From the NCBI GenBank assembly GCA_017534965.1, contig JAFXVA010000008.1, positions 75,409-139,408 of the forward strand: a DNA stretch of 64,000 bases, written 5' to 3'. Under the pieces are notes generated by a model. That model ran no database searches and had not been told where the DNA came from. It worked only from the letters and a program-made list of their open reading frames with translations. Both the position numbers and the translations under genes were made by a program. The number at the start of each line of letters is the position of its first letter. Positions within the stretch are counted from its first letter, which is position 1. This DNA comes from Elusimicrobiaceae bacterium (GTDB lineage: Bacteria; Elusimicrobiota; Elusimicrobia; Elusimicrobiales; Elusimicrobiaceae). This document shows positions 37,566 to 46,673 of this stretch, one piece after another.

Positions 37566-38117
37566 TTATTCGTACTTAGTTAATTTTATTTTAAAAGTTT
37601 CGCAATAATATTCTATAAAAGGAATTATTTCTTCAAATTGTTTTTTAGAACCGAGTAAATCTATTTGTTTATATCCTGTAATAAAACCGAGAAATGTAAT
37701 TATAAAAAGTATTATTACCAATGGTGGAAAGATACCGATACCGGTATACATAAAGTTGATTATTGCAAGTTCTCTATCTGACATAATATGGTTAGAAACT
37801 ATTATTTTCTTTGAAGATTTATATATCAAAATTTCTTTTATTTTAGTCCACTTTATTTTTGAACGACCAATTTTTATATGAGTCGGATAAACACCCAAAG
37901 AAACGCGGTCCGTCTTGAAAGTTAAAAAACAAAATAAAATAATAAAGAAATCTAATATATACCAAGGCAACATTTCTGTAAAGGAGGTTTTGCCTTTATC
38001 AATCCACACTATTTGCGCAAGAAGAAAAATCCCACCAAAGAAAATTATAAGGGCCCAGATAAACGCTAACATACAGCCATTGCCTTTTATTTCATATACT
38101 TTATTTTCTGTTTCCAT
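37566..38117 (-). CDS. hypothetical membrane protein
   Basis: 183 aa with 4 hydrophobic segments. Very AT-rich. No recognised domain. Confidence 0.5.
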   Translation of the reverse strand: METENKVYEIKGNGCMLAFIWALIIFFGGIFLLAQIVWIDKGKTSFTEMLPWYILDFFIILFCFLTFKTDRVSLGVYPTHIKIGRSKIKWTKIKEILIYKSSKKIIVSNHIMSDRELAIINFMYTGIGIFPPLVIILFIITFLGFITGYKQIDLLGSKKQFEEIIPFIEYYCETFKIKLTKYE

Positions 38118-38154
38118 ATATACTATCCTTTTATAAATATATTTATTTTACCAT

Positions 38155-38198
38155 AAAAAAAGAGCGGCTTTTGAAAATTTAAAAGCCGCCCTTTTATT
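38155..38198 (-). terminator. rho-independent terminator of rplU-rpmA
   Basis: Minus strand: GGGCGGCTTTT / AAAAGCCGCTC hairpin followed by TTTTTTT. Confidence 0.8.
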
Positions 38199-38213
38199 GT
38201 TTGCTACCAAATT

Positions 38214-38600
38214 TTATTTGGCTTTTGTTGAAGTCTTTTTTGTAGCAGCTGCTTTTGTTGCTGTTTTAGCAGCAGGTTTTGCAGTGGTTGTTTTGACTGC
38301 TTTGGCAGTTTTAACTTCCTTTTTGGCTACGGGTTTAACTTCGCTTGTTTGAGCATAGACAGATACTTGCTGTTTGCCTTTTTTGGCCCACTCAAAGGTA
38401 ACAATACCTGAGATTCTAGCAAATAAACTATCGTCAGAAGCTCTTGAAACATTATTGCCCGGCAATATTTTGGTGCCGCGTTGTTTAAGAATAATCTCGC
38501 CGGCATTAACGTATTGTGAGCCATATCTTTTAACCCCAAGTCTTTGACCGTGGGAGTCCCTTCCGTTTGATGAGGAACCTTGTGCTTTTGTATGTGCCAT
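38214..38600 (-). CDS. rpmA: 50S ribosomal protein L27 with a Lys/Ala/Thr-rich C-terminal extension
   Basis: [27 protein letters not shown]...GNNV core, plus a ~44-aa tail ([34 protein letters not shown]). Confidence 0.93.
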   Translation of the reverse strand: MAHTKAQGSSSNGRDSHGQRLGVKRYGSQYVNAGEIILKQRGTKILPGNNVSRASDDSLFARISGIVTFEWAKKGKQQVSVYAQTSEVKPVAKKEVKTAKAVKTTTAKPAAKTATKAAATKKTSTKAK

Positions 38601-38614
38601 ATATAGTCTCTACC

Positions 38615-38923
38615 TTATAAGATTATTTCTTTAATCTTGATTTCTGTAAGATTTTGTCTGTGACCTTGGGTTTTTTCATAACCTTTTTTAGGTCTCTTTT
38701 TGAATACAATTATCTTGCGACCGCGTAAATGTCTTACGACTTCAGCGGTGACCTTGGCAGTTTTACCTGCTTTGGTATCTGATGAGGTGCCTTCTTCAGA
38801 ACCGGCCCAAAGTGATTTAAGTTCAACTGTTGCACCGACTTCTGCTTCAAGTCTTTCAACCTTCAGATTTTGGCCTGGGGTTACCCAGTATTGTTTTCCA
38901 CCTGTTTCTATGATTGAATACAT
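38615..38923 (-). CDS. rplU: 50S ribosomal protein L21
   Basis: MYSIIETGGKQYWV start. 102 aa, immediately upstream of rpmA. Confidence 0.93.
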   Translation of the reverse strand: MYSIIETGGKQYWVTPGQNLKVERLEAEVGATVELKSLWAGSEEGTSSDTKAGKTAKVTAEVVRHLRGRKIIVFKKRPKKGYEKTQGHRQNLTEIKIKEIIL

Positions 38924-38986
38924 ACTTATTTCGCCTTTAACGATAAAAGTAGCCGCTTGCGCGGCCTGCGTTTTTTGGCTATATAT

Positions 38987-38995
38987 ATTATACCA
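38987..38995 (-). promoter_or_regulatory. extended -10 element (TGGTATAAT) for rplU-rpmA
   Basis: Minus strand TGGTATAAT, ~64 nt upstream of the rplU ATG. Confidence 0.45.
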
Positions 38996-39017
38996 TAATT
39001 TTGTAAAATATACATAT

Positions 39018-40085
39018 ATGGAAAAAGTTTTGGTTGGTCTTTCCGGCGGGGTTGATTCCGCCTTGAGCGCATATTTACTTAAAAAACAGGGTTATGAGGT
39101 TATCGGTGCGATAATGTCTATCTGGGATGATAGCTTGCCCACGCCTAAGGAGCAAAATAATGCCTGCCTTGGCCCTGAAGAAGAAGATATTAAAACTGCA
39201 AAAAAAGTGGCAGATTTTTTAAATATCCCTTTAAAAATTATTGACTGCCGCGAAATTTACAAAAAAATTGTTATAGAAAATTTTAAAAAAGAATATGGTT
39301 GCGGACACACGCCAAACCCTTGTATTTGGTGTAATAGTTATGTTAAGTTTGGCGCACTACCAGAAATGGCAAAAAAGCAGGGTATTGTGTTTGATAAATT
39401 TGCAACAGGACATTATGCCAAAATCGGCTTTGATGAAAAAGTAGGCCGTTGGTTTTTGGAAAAAGCACCGCAAGACGAAAAAGACCAAACTTACTTTTTA
39501 TACCGCTTAAATCAAATACAACTTTCAAAAATTTTATTTCCGCTTGGCTCTTATTCAAAACCGCAAGTTAGGGAAATGGCAAAAAAAATCAATTTGCCGG
39601 TAGCCGAGAAGCAAGATTCCCAAGATTTTTATTGCGGCGATTATAATGATATTTTAAATTTCTCGCCAAAGCCGGGCAATATTGTTGATATGGCAGGCAA
39701 AGTTTTAGGCAAGCATAACGGCATTTGGAACTATACTATCGGCAAACGCAAAGGGCTAACCCAAGGCGGAACAAAAGAGCCTTTATATGTAATTAAAATT
39801 GACGGTAAAAATAATCAAATTATCGCCGGCCCTAAGAGTGCTTTGTTTAATAAAGAAATGTTTGTAAATCAAATAAATTGGCTTTCTATTGCCTGCCCGA
39901 GCGAACCGATTAAAGCGCTTGTTAAAATACGCCGTCAGCATAAAGAAGCACCCGCCACAATTACCGCACTTGAAAACGGGCGCGCAAAAGTTGTTTTTGA
40001 CGAAGGGCAAATGTCTATTACGGCAGGGCAAAGTGCTGTGTTTTATTTAAACAACAGAGTTTTAGGTGGCGGAATTATAGAGTAA
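39018..40085 (+). CDS. mnmA: tRNA 2-thiouridine(34) synthase MnmA
   Basis: MEKVLVGLSGGVDSA PP-loop, catalytic Cys region (NPCIWCN) and DQTYFL. The ORF-track start at 38700 is antisense to rplU and is rejected. Confidence 0.93.
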   Translation: MEKVLVGLSGGVDSALSAYLLKKQGYEVIGAIMSIWDDSLPTPKEQNNACLGPEEEDIKTAKKVADFLNIPLKIIDCREIYKKIVIENFKKEYGCGHTPNPCIWCNSYVKFGALPEMAKKQGIVFDKFATGHYAKIGFDEKVGRWFLEKAPQDEKDQTYFLYRLNQIQLSKILFPLGSYSKPQVREMAKKINLPVAEKQDSQDFYCGDYNDILNFSPKPGNIVDMAGKVLGKHNGIWNYTIGKRKGLTQGGTKEPLYVIKIDGKNNQIIAGPKSALFNKEMFVNQINWLSIACPSEPIKALVKIRRQHKEAPATITALENGRAKVVFDEGQMSITAGQSAVFYLNNRVLGGGIIE

Positions 40086-40097
40086 ATTGGGGGAAAA

Positions 40098-40604
40098 ATG
40101 ACTTCTGCTTTTGAAAATATGCGTAATTTTTGGCTTGATATTGATAATTTTAAAAATAAAGATAATCAGGAAATGCCCGCAATTTGCGTTTGCGGTATAG
40201 AGTTTTGTATGTTAGACCACTACCAAAAACCTAAAAAAGTTTTTATTGCCGCTTCTTATCTTGGAAACGCAAGTATGTATTTTGAAAATAACAGCAAAAG
40301 CGGTATTGGCGGATTTATAGGCAATAATAGTAAAGAAATTAAAGAGGCCTCTTTTAACTTTTTAAAAGAAGCCCAAGAGTGCCAAAAAAATATGGCAAAA
40401 ACTGAAACTTTACCTTTGCCAACTGAAACGGGCAAAATAACACTTTTTACTATTGGTAAAGAAGGCGTTTTTACTTTTACCGAAAATGAAGATTCTTTAA
40501 GAAATCAAAATAATCTTTTTTATAAATTTTATATGGCAAGCCAGCATTTAATTGGCGTATTTAGACTTCAACAAGACGCCCAGCAAAAACCCGCCCAGGC
40601 ATAA
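40098..40604 (+). CDS. hypothetical protein
   Basis: 168-aa ORF with GGGGGA upstream. No recognised domain. Confidence 0.5.
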   Translation: MTSAFENMRNFWLDIDNFKNKDNQEMPAICVCGIEFCMLDHYQKPKKVFIAASYLGNASMYFENNSKSGIGGFIGNNSKEIKEASFNFLKEAQECQKNMAKTETLPLPTETGKITLFTIGKEGVFTFTENEDSLRNQNNLFYKFYMASQHLIGVFRLQQDAQQKPAQA

Positions 40605-40627
40605 TATCTTACGCACAACAACTTTAC

Positions 40628-40660
40628 AAGTCCTATTTCTTATGGGAATAGGACTTTTTT
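40628..40660 (+). terminator. rho-independent terminator
   Basis: AGTCCTATT / AATAGGACT hairpin followed by TTTTTT. Confidence 0.7.
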
Positions 40661-40755
40661 AAAATAGGCCTAAAAATAGGACCAAAAGGCCCTTGATTTT
40701 TTACAAAAAGAGCGTATACTATGGGTCTGGAGAATTGTTTTTACAAGGAGTTCTT

Positions 40756-42009
40756 ATGAAAAAATTGTTGTTGGCGGTTGCTGTTTTATTTGTTGGCGTT
40801 CAATGTTTTACGCAAAATCAATCCAGTAAATTTGATTTTAGCCCGGATGATTTAGAATCTGTTGCGGACTTTTCAGGAATGTGCCCGCAGGATTTATTTA
40901 AAGACCCAAATATACACGAAGAAGATTTAAGAAGTTGTGATTTATCTAAATATGATTTAAGCAATTTACCAAGATCTTTTTTAGAAAAATTAACCTTTGA
41001 CGATAAAACCATCTGGCCTAAAAAAATGCCGGAGTGGTTAGATATTCACAAAATTTATCAAATAAGCAAAACGCCGGGCCTACATATAAAAGATTTACAT
41101 AAACAAGGAATTACGGGTAGAGGCGTAAATATTGCTATTATTGATAAAAATTTAGGACCACATCAAGAATATAATCAAAACATTATTTTTTACAAAAATT
41201 TTGAAAAGGCCAATTCCGAGGCGGATATGCACGGCGCGGCGGTTGCTTCTATTGCCGTGGGAAAAAGTGTCGGTGTGGCACCGGGGGCAAAAGTTTATTA
41301 TGTAGGGGCAAACTTTTCGCAATATTATAAAGAAAAGGGGCCTTTTAATGCAAGAATCTATACAGAGCCAATAGAATATCTTTTAGAATTAAATAAAACT
41401 TTACCCGAGAAAGATAAAATTTTTGTTATTGCTATGTCACGCGGTTTTAACAAAACAGATTATGGCAGAGAAAACTTTTTAAAAGCCCTTGATAAAGCAA
41501 AAAAACAAGGTATTTTGGTATTATCAACTAATAATGTTGCCGGTATCAACAGACGAGATTATTATGTTAACCCACAAAACAGGGATTCTTTTGTTTACGC
41601 TCCTGTTTGGGATAATACTTTATTTGCAACAACATTTAAAAACACTCTTGCCGTGCCTAATGATTATAGGGTTGTTGCTTCGCCGACAGGCGAAAAAGAT
41701 TATGTTGCCTATGCTGATGGCGGTTTAAGTTGGGCTGTGCCTTATCTGGCAGGTATTGCCGCCCTTGCAAAACAAGTTAAACCCGATTTAACCCCCGATG
41801 AGTTTTTGGAAGTTGCCTTTAAAACAGCGCAAAGGGTGCTTGTTAAAACAAAAGACGGCAAAAAAACTGCTATGATAGATACTTTTGTTAATCCGCAAGA
41901 CTTAATAAAAGAATTGAAAAATCGCAAAGTTGTGCCAAACGAACAAAAAGAAAATATTGAATCTTTGGAAAAAGGTTTAAAAAATATACAGGAAAAACAG
42001 AAAAGATAA
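40756..42009 (+). CDS. secreted subtilisin-like (S8 family) serine peptidase
   Basis: ATG at 40756 after AAGGAG, with signal peptide MKKLLLAVAVLFVGVQCF. Asp (GVNIAIIDKN), His (MHGAAVAS) and Ser (GGLSWAVPYLAG) triad motifs in S8 order. Confidence 0.7.
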   Translation: MKKLLLAVAVLFVGVQCFTQNQSSKFDFSPDDLESVADFSGMCPQDLFKDPNIHEEDLRSCDLSKYDLSNLPRSFLEKLTFDDKTIWPKKMPEWLDIHKIYQISKTPGLHIKDLHKQGITGRGVNIAIIDKNLGPHQEYNQNIIFYKNFEKANSEADMHGAAVASIAVGKSVGVAPGAKVYYVGANFSQYYKEKGPFNARIYTEPIEYLLELNKTLPEKDKIFVIAMSRGFNKTDYGRENFLKALDKAKKQGILVLSTNNVAGINRRDYYVNPQNRDSFVYAPVWDNTLFATTFKNTLAVPNDYRVVASPTGEKDYVAYADGGLSWAVPYLAGIAALAKQVKPDLTPDEFLEVAFKTAQRVLVKTKDGKKTAMIDTFVNPQDLIKELKNRKVVPNEQKENIESLEKGLKNIQEKQKR

Positions 42010-42420
42010 ATAAAAACTAATTTTCCTGTAAAGTTTCTTTAGCAATTTGCTCTTCTTTAGAAGGAGTTTGCCCTTTTGTTGTTTTTGTTTGTTGTTCTAC
42101 AATAACGGGTTTTGGCTTTTGCGGCCATTTGTCATAGAGGAAATTTTATTAGCTTTTTGTCTTTTCTATCTCCGTTTGTTTATTTTTTGCTTTATGGAGC
42201 GTTTACAAAATTGGAATATTTTTATGTTCCAACAAGCCAACCATGTCCGAGTAAAAAAACAAAGCCTTTTCCTATTAAACTTGTTTTTTTACGAGTTGGT
42301 GGCTTGGATATAAAAATTCAATTTTGTGCGAGTTTTAGCAAAAAATAAGCAAACAAAAAAATTGACAAGCCATAAAATTAAATAGAAAAAATAATACAAT
42401 AAAAGAATATAAGGTAATAC

Positions 42421-42458
42421 AAAACTCCCACTCACAAGAGAGCGGGAGTTTTGTATTT
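42421..42458 (-). terminator. rho-independent terminator of glmU-prs-ctc
   Basis: AAAACTCCC / GGGAGTTTT hairpin. On the minus strand it is followed by TTTTGTATT. Confidence 0.65.
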
Positions 42459-42485
42459 TCGCTAAAATAGCTTTGGCAAAAAAGA

Positions 42486-43169
42486 TTACTTTTTTGCGGG
42501 AGCAGCAGCTGCAACAGCACCTTCTTCTTCCTTTTTACCTTTGGTAGCAGAAAGTTCGGGTTGGGCAGCAGTTGCATCAGCAGTTGTGGCTGCAGCAGGT
42601 GCGGCAACAACTTCATCTTTAGGAATAATAACGTGGACGAGCATGATTGAAGGATCGTCAACAAATTCCACGCCTTTGGGGGCTTTAAGATCGCTAATGC
42701 AGATATGCTTTTCCAAAGAAAGTTCGGTGATATCGGCTTCAATATGATGCGGAATATCGCCAGGTAAACATTTAACGCGGACTTCACGGACTGCGTGGTC
42801 AACGATACCGCCGTTTGCTTTAACTGCGGCGCTTTCGCCAACGAGAACAACAGGAACCATAGTTTCAATAGCTTTATTCATTGAAACTCTTTGAAAGTCA
42901 ACGTGAATAGGTGTATCGGTTACAACGTGATATTGCACTTCTTTAATAATTGCAGGTTCTTTCTTTTTGCCGAGGTCAATTTCAACCAAGGTATTGCTAC
43001 CTGCTTTTTGAATTGTAGCTAAATCTTTTTGAGAAAAAGAGATTGAAACAGGTTCTTCCCCTGCGCCGTAAATAACGGCAGGAATCATCTTTTGGGCTCT
43101 GATTTTGCTAAGTTCGCCGCGGACACCAGCTTTTTCTCTGGCTTGGGCGGTAATTTTAATTTTTTCCAT
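42486..43169 (-). CDS. ctc: 50S ribosomal protein L25 / general stress protein Ctc
   Basis: 227 aa. REKAGVRGELSKIRAQKMIPAVIYG N-terminal domain, Ctc-type C-terminal domain and an Ala-rich tail. Confidence 0.9.
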   Translation of the reverse strand: MEKIKITAQAREKAGVRGELSKIRAQKMIPAVIYGAGEEPVSISFSQKDLATIQKAGSNTLVEIDLGKKKEPAIIKEVQYHVVTDTPIHVDFQRVSMNKAIETMVPVVLVGESAAVKANGGIVDHAVREVRVKCLPGDIPHHIEADITELSLEKHICISDLKAPKGVEFVDDPSIMLVHVIIPKDEVVAAPAAATTADATAAQPELSATKGKKEEEGAVAAAAPAKK

Positions 43170-43299
43170 TTTTACATCCTCTCATCTTTATTTCTGTTTT
43201 ATTTTTTTGAAATTTTACCTTTCTGCTTTTTTTGCAAAATAAAATTTCTTCTTTTTTGTTTAAGCAAAAAGGTTGGGTCTTTTTGCAAAAATCTGTTTT

Positions 43300-44253
43300 T
43301 TATTTAAACATTTCGCTGATTGAACGTCCGTCGTGATTTCTTAAAATTGCATCAGCCAAAATATGCGAAATGGTTAAAACTTGTATCTTATCACTATGTT
43401 TGCGTTTATCTTCGGGCAAAGTATCTGTGATAAGAAGTTTTTCTATCGGGCTGTTTTCCACTTTATCAACGCCGTCGCGTGATAAAACACCATGAGTGCA
43501 AACAGCATAAATCTTTTTTGCGCCCGCTTCTTTAATTTTGCTTGCCACAACAGTTAAAGTGCCTGCCGTATCAACAATATCATCAACAATGATAACGGTT
43601 TTATCTTTAACATCACCGATAACATTATAGACAACTGCTTCGTTTGCTTTAGGGCGGCGTTTATCAATAATGACAAGGCCTGCATCCATACGGGCGGCAA
43701 ATTTGCGTGCTCTTTCTACCCCGCCGACATCGGGGGAAACTACTACCAAATTTTCGGGTTTATTCTTTAAGAAATATTCCAAAAACACGCTTCTTGCGCG
43801 TAAGTGATCCACAGGGATATCAAAAAAACCTTGTATTTGACCGGCGTGTAAATCCATTGCCATAACTCTATCTGCACCGGCCTGGGTAATTAAACTGGAA
43901 ACAAGTTTTGCCGTTATAGGAACACGAGGGTTGCTCTTTCTGTCGGCTCTTGCATAGCCATAATAGGGAACAACCGCTGTAATACGCCCCGCACTTGCGC
44001 GGCGCATAGCATCAATAGCTATTAAAAGTTCCATTAAGTTTTCGTTTACAGGGGTGCAAGTGGGCTGAATAATATAACAATCAGCACCGCGCACACTTTC
44101 CAAAACTTGGACATCAACTTCGCCATCAGCAAAGTGTTCAACTTTAATATCACCCAATTTAATTTTTAAGTGCTTTGCGATTTTTTCTGCCAAAGGGCGG
44201 TTGGCATTACAAGTAAAAACTTTTAAATCGCGGGAACACTGGCAACGAATCAT
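43300..44253 (-). CDS. prs: ribose-phosphate pyrophosphokinase
   Basis: 317 aa with DLHAGQIQGFF and the PRPP-binding loop VIIVDDIVDTAGT. Confidence 0.95.
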   Translation of the reverse strand: MIRCQCSRDLKVFTCNANRPLAEKIAKHLKIKLGDIKVEHFADGEVDVQVLESVRGADCYIIQPTCTPVNENLMELLIAIDAMRRASAGRITAVVPYYGYARADRKSNPRVPITAKLVSSLITQAGADRVMAMDLHAGQIQGFFDIPVDHLRARSVFLEYFLKNKPENLVVVSPDVGGVERARKFAARMDAGLVIIDKRRPKANEAVVYNVIGDVKDKTVIIVDDIVDTAGTLTVVASKIKEAGAKKIYAVCTHGVLSRDGVDKVENSPIEKLLITDTLPEDKRKHSDKIQVLTISHILADAILRNHDGRSISEMFK

Positions 44254-45636
44254 TTATTTTTTTCCTTTTCTGTCTAAATTTACCTGTCTATTGCGCGCTA
44301 TTGCTAAAACGCCTTCAGGTATATCTTGCGTTATGGTGGAGCCGGCTGCAATTTTTGCATTATCGGCCACCTTAACGGGTGCTACAAAATTGGTATTTGA
44401 ACCGACAAAAACATTATCCCCTATAATAGTTTGATGTTTGTTTTTGCCGTCATAATTGCAAGTGATTGACCCCGCACCGACATTAACATTTTTACCCATT
44501 TGGCAATCGCCGATATAAGTTAAATGTGGCACTTTAGAGCCTTCCCCTATAACAGAATTTTTAATTTCAATAAAATTGCCTGTTTTTACTTTTTCCTTTA
44601 AAACGCTTTTCGGTCTTAAATGGGCGTATGGCCCAATTTGACAATTTGCGGCAAGTTCACTTTCTTCCACATAAGAACCGCTTTTAATGTGGCAATTATC
44701 TAAAATTGTGCTGTTTGTTATCCAGCAAGAAGGCTCTACTATACAATTTTGACCGATAGTTGTTTTGCCTTCAATAAAAGTATTGGGGTAAATTATTGTA
44801 TCTTGCCCGATTTTTGCTTGTGCGCTGATATAAGTTGCGCTTGGGTTAATAATAATTACGCCATTATCTAAATGTTTTTTGTTTATGCGCTCTTGCATAA
44901 GGGCTTGGGCCTGGGCAAGTTGTGCTTTTGAATTGATACCCATAGCACAAATATAGTCTTGCTCGCTTAAAACTTCGGTTTTATCAAACATAGCAAGGGT
45001 ATCGGTTAAATAATATTCCTGTTTAGGTCCTTGCGGTGTTAATTTATCAAGAGCTTTGGTTAAAGGTGCAACTTCAAAAATGTATATGCCGGAGTTAACT
45101 TCTTTAATTGCGGCGGTTTTTGCGTCTGTATGGGCCTCTTCTACAATTTCTTTAAAAAGACCTTTTTCGTTTTTAACAATACGGCCATAGCCAAAAGGAT
45201 TTGGCTGAATAACACTTAAAACGGTGCAAGCAGGTTGTTTTGTATTGTGATTATCAATTAATTTTTGTAAAACATCTGCTGTAATTAAAGGGGCATCGCC
45301 CGCTAAAATTAAAACTTGGTCGTATTTTTTAATAAAAGGTAAGCTATCTTTAACCGCTGTTCCGCTACCTGTTAAGTTTTTTTGCACCATAAATTCAACA
45401 GGTGCAGTAATACCCCAGGCAGAAAGATTTTCTTTTATAGTTTCTTTAACAAAATCAGATTTATGACCGGTTAAAATACCGATACCGGCAGGATTAAGTA
45501 AAGAAACTTCTCTTAAAATATGGGAAATAAGCGGTGCGCCGCAAATTTTATGCAGCACCTTTGGAAGAGCGGATTTCATTCTGGTTCCTTGCCCGCCTGC
45601 AAGTATTAGAACACAGAGATTTTTTTTGGCTACCAT
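44254..45636 (-). CDS. glmU: bifunctional UDP-N-acetylglucosamine pyrophosphorylase / glucosamine-1-phosphate N-acetyltransferase
   Basis: LILAGGQGTRMKS N-terminal nucleotidyltransferase and C-terminal left-handed beta-helix hexapeptide repeats. 460 aa. Confidence 0.95.
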   Translation of the reverse strand: MVAKKNLCVLILAGGQGTRMKSALPKVLHKICGAPLISHILREVSLLNPAGIGILTGHKSDFVKETIKENLSAWGITAPVEFMVQKNLTGSGTAVKDSLPFIKKYDQVLILAGDAPLITADVLQKLIDNHNTKQPACTVLSVIQPNPFGYGRIVKNEKGLFKEIVEEAHTDAKTAAIKEVNSGIYIFEVAPLTKALDKLTPQGPKQEYYLTDTLAMFDKTEVLSEQDYICAMGINSKAQLAQAQALMQERINKKHLDNGVIIINPSATYISAQAKIGQDTIIYPNTFIEGKTTIGQNCIVEPSCWITNSTILDNCHIKSGSYVEESELAANCQIGPYAHLRPKSVLKEKVKTGNFIEIKNSVIGEGSKVPHLTYIGDCQMGKNVNVGAGSITCNYDGKNKHQTIIGDNVFVGSNTNFVAPVKVADNAKIAAGSTITQDIPEGVLAIARNRQVNLDRKGKK

Positions 45637-45678
45637 TTTTTTATTAACTCTTGCCGTAGAATCTTACTACTAAATATA

Positions 45679-46584
45679 TTATAACAAATTTTTCCCCTTT
45701 TTAATATAGTTTGGGTCTTGCTGAAATTTAAGTTTTAACATACGAATATTAAATTCCGAGGCCATTTCTTTAATTGGTTTATCGTAAATATAGTTTAAAT
45801 TTTCCAATTTTTCATATTTTTTGAAATCTTTACTAAAAGAATTTTTTAGAAATTTTAAGGGTTTTCTTTCACCATTTTCAAAAAGTCTTGTCCCGCAGAA
45901 AGAATAAAAAGTTTTAGGTTTTTCCATAGCCATATACAAAATGGCAACTATGCTATCGGCATCATCACAGGTAAAACCTTCGTGAGCATACATTATCGTG
46001 TTTAAATTGTGATATCCGTAATGGTAATCGTTTCTTTCTTTAGCGTATAAAACATCCCCTATAGATAATGTATGCCCTAGTTCATGCGCTAAAGAAACAA
46101 TTATATTTTTTGCATCAAGAGCGGCTATTATGTTTTTTTCGGGTTTATTTTCCACCTCACAAAAACCGCCGACATTTGGCGCAAGGCATTCCTCTTTATA
46201 ACAAAGAGAAATTCTTAAAAGCGGTTTTTGATTTGCAAATTTATAACCGGGCCTTTGCGAAATAAACCCTTGTAAAACTTCCCCTTGGTTATTTTGTAAA
46301 TCAAAAGGTGTTGCGCATTGTTGTAAAATCATTTTGTTTTTGCGTTCTAAAATAGGCAAAATTTCTTTAAAAGTTTCGTCAAAATCAGGGTAAATATTGC
46401 GGTAAGATAAAACATTATCAAACCACATTTGAAAAATTTTGTTTATATCCGGTATAATTTGTGTTTGCGTGCCGTCTATACAATAGCTTACGCGCCCCTG
46501 CGGTTGAATAAGGGTTTTTAAAATTTGGTTAGATGAAATATTATTTTTTAAAATGGCCCAATCTTCCGCACAAAAACCAGGCAA
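45679..46584 (-). CDS. hypothetical zincin-like metallopeptidase (HExxH); N-terminus probably disrupted by a frameshift
   Basis: HELGH motif. The only canonical start is TTG at 46584. A signal-peptide-like mini-ORF (ATG 46625) is out of frame across an A6 tract (46589-46594). Confidence 0.55.
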   Translation of the reverse strand: MPGFCAEDWAILKNNISSNQILKTLIQPQGRVSYCIDGTQTQIIPDINKIFQMWFDNVLSYRNIYPDFDETFKEILPILERKNKMILQQCATPFDLQNNQGEVLQGFISQRPGYKFANQKPLLRISLCYKEECLAPNVGGFCEVENKPEKNIIAALDAKNIIVSLAHELGHTLSIGDVLYAKERNDYHYGYHNLNTIMYAHEGFTCDDADSIVAILYMAMEKPKTFYSFCGTRLFENGERKPLKFLKNSFSKDFKKYEKLENLNYIYDKPIKEMASEFNIRMLKLKFQQDPNYIKKGKNLL

Positions 46585-46673
46585 AGTTAAAAAATAAGAA
46601 TAGATAAAACTAAAAATTTCCTCATAATTATATTTTAAAATTTTAGAGATTTAAGATACAAGAGACTTTGGGC

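Noticed and set aside
38700-39017. 5' extension of the mnmA ORF (track start 38700), giving a 461-aa protein.
   Set aside because: The extension is antisense to rplU and has no MnmA-like sequence. The conserved PP-loop N-terminus MEKVLVGLSGGVDSA starts at the ATG at 39018.
42010-42420. A decayed pth (peptidyl-tRNA hydrolase) gene downstream of ctc.
   Set aside because: Translation of all three minus-strand frames by eye shows no Pth-like motifs (no GLGNPG or TRHN). The gap is also shorter than a pth gene.
42335-42868. 177-aa minus-strand ORF overlapping ctc in another frame and running past its stop.
   Set aside because: The translation is low-complexity and L/Q/P-rich, and it overlaps a well-supported ribosomal protein gene. 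It has no independent RBS.
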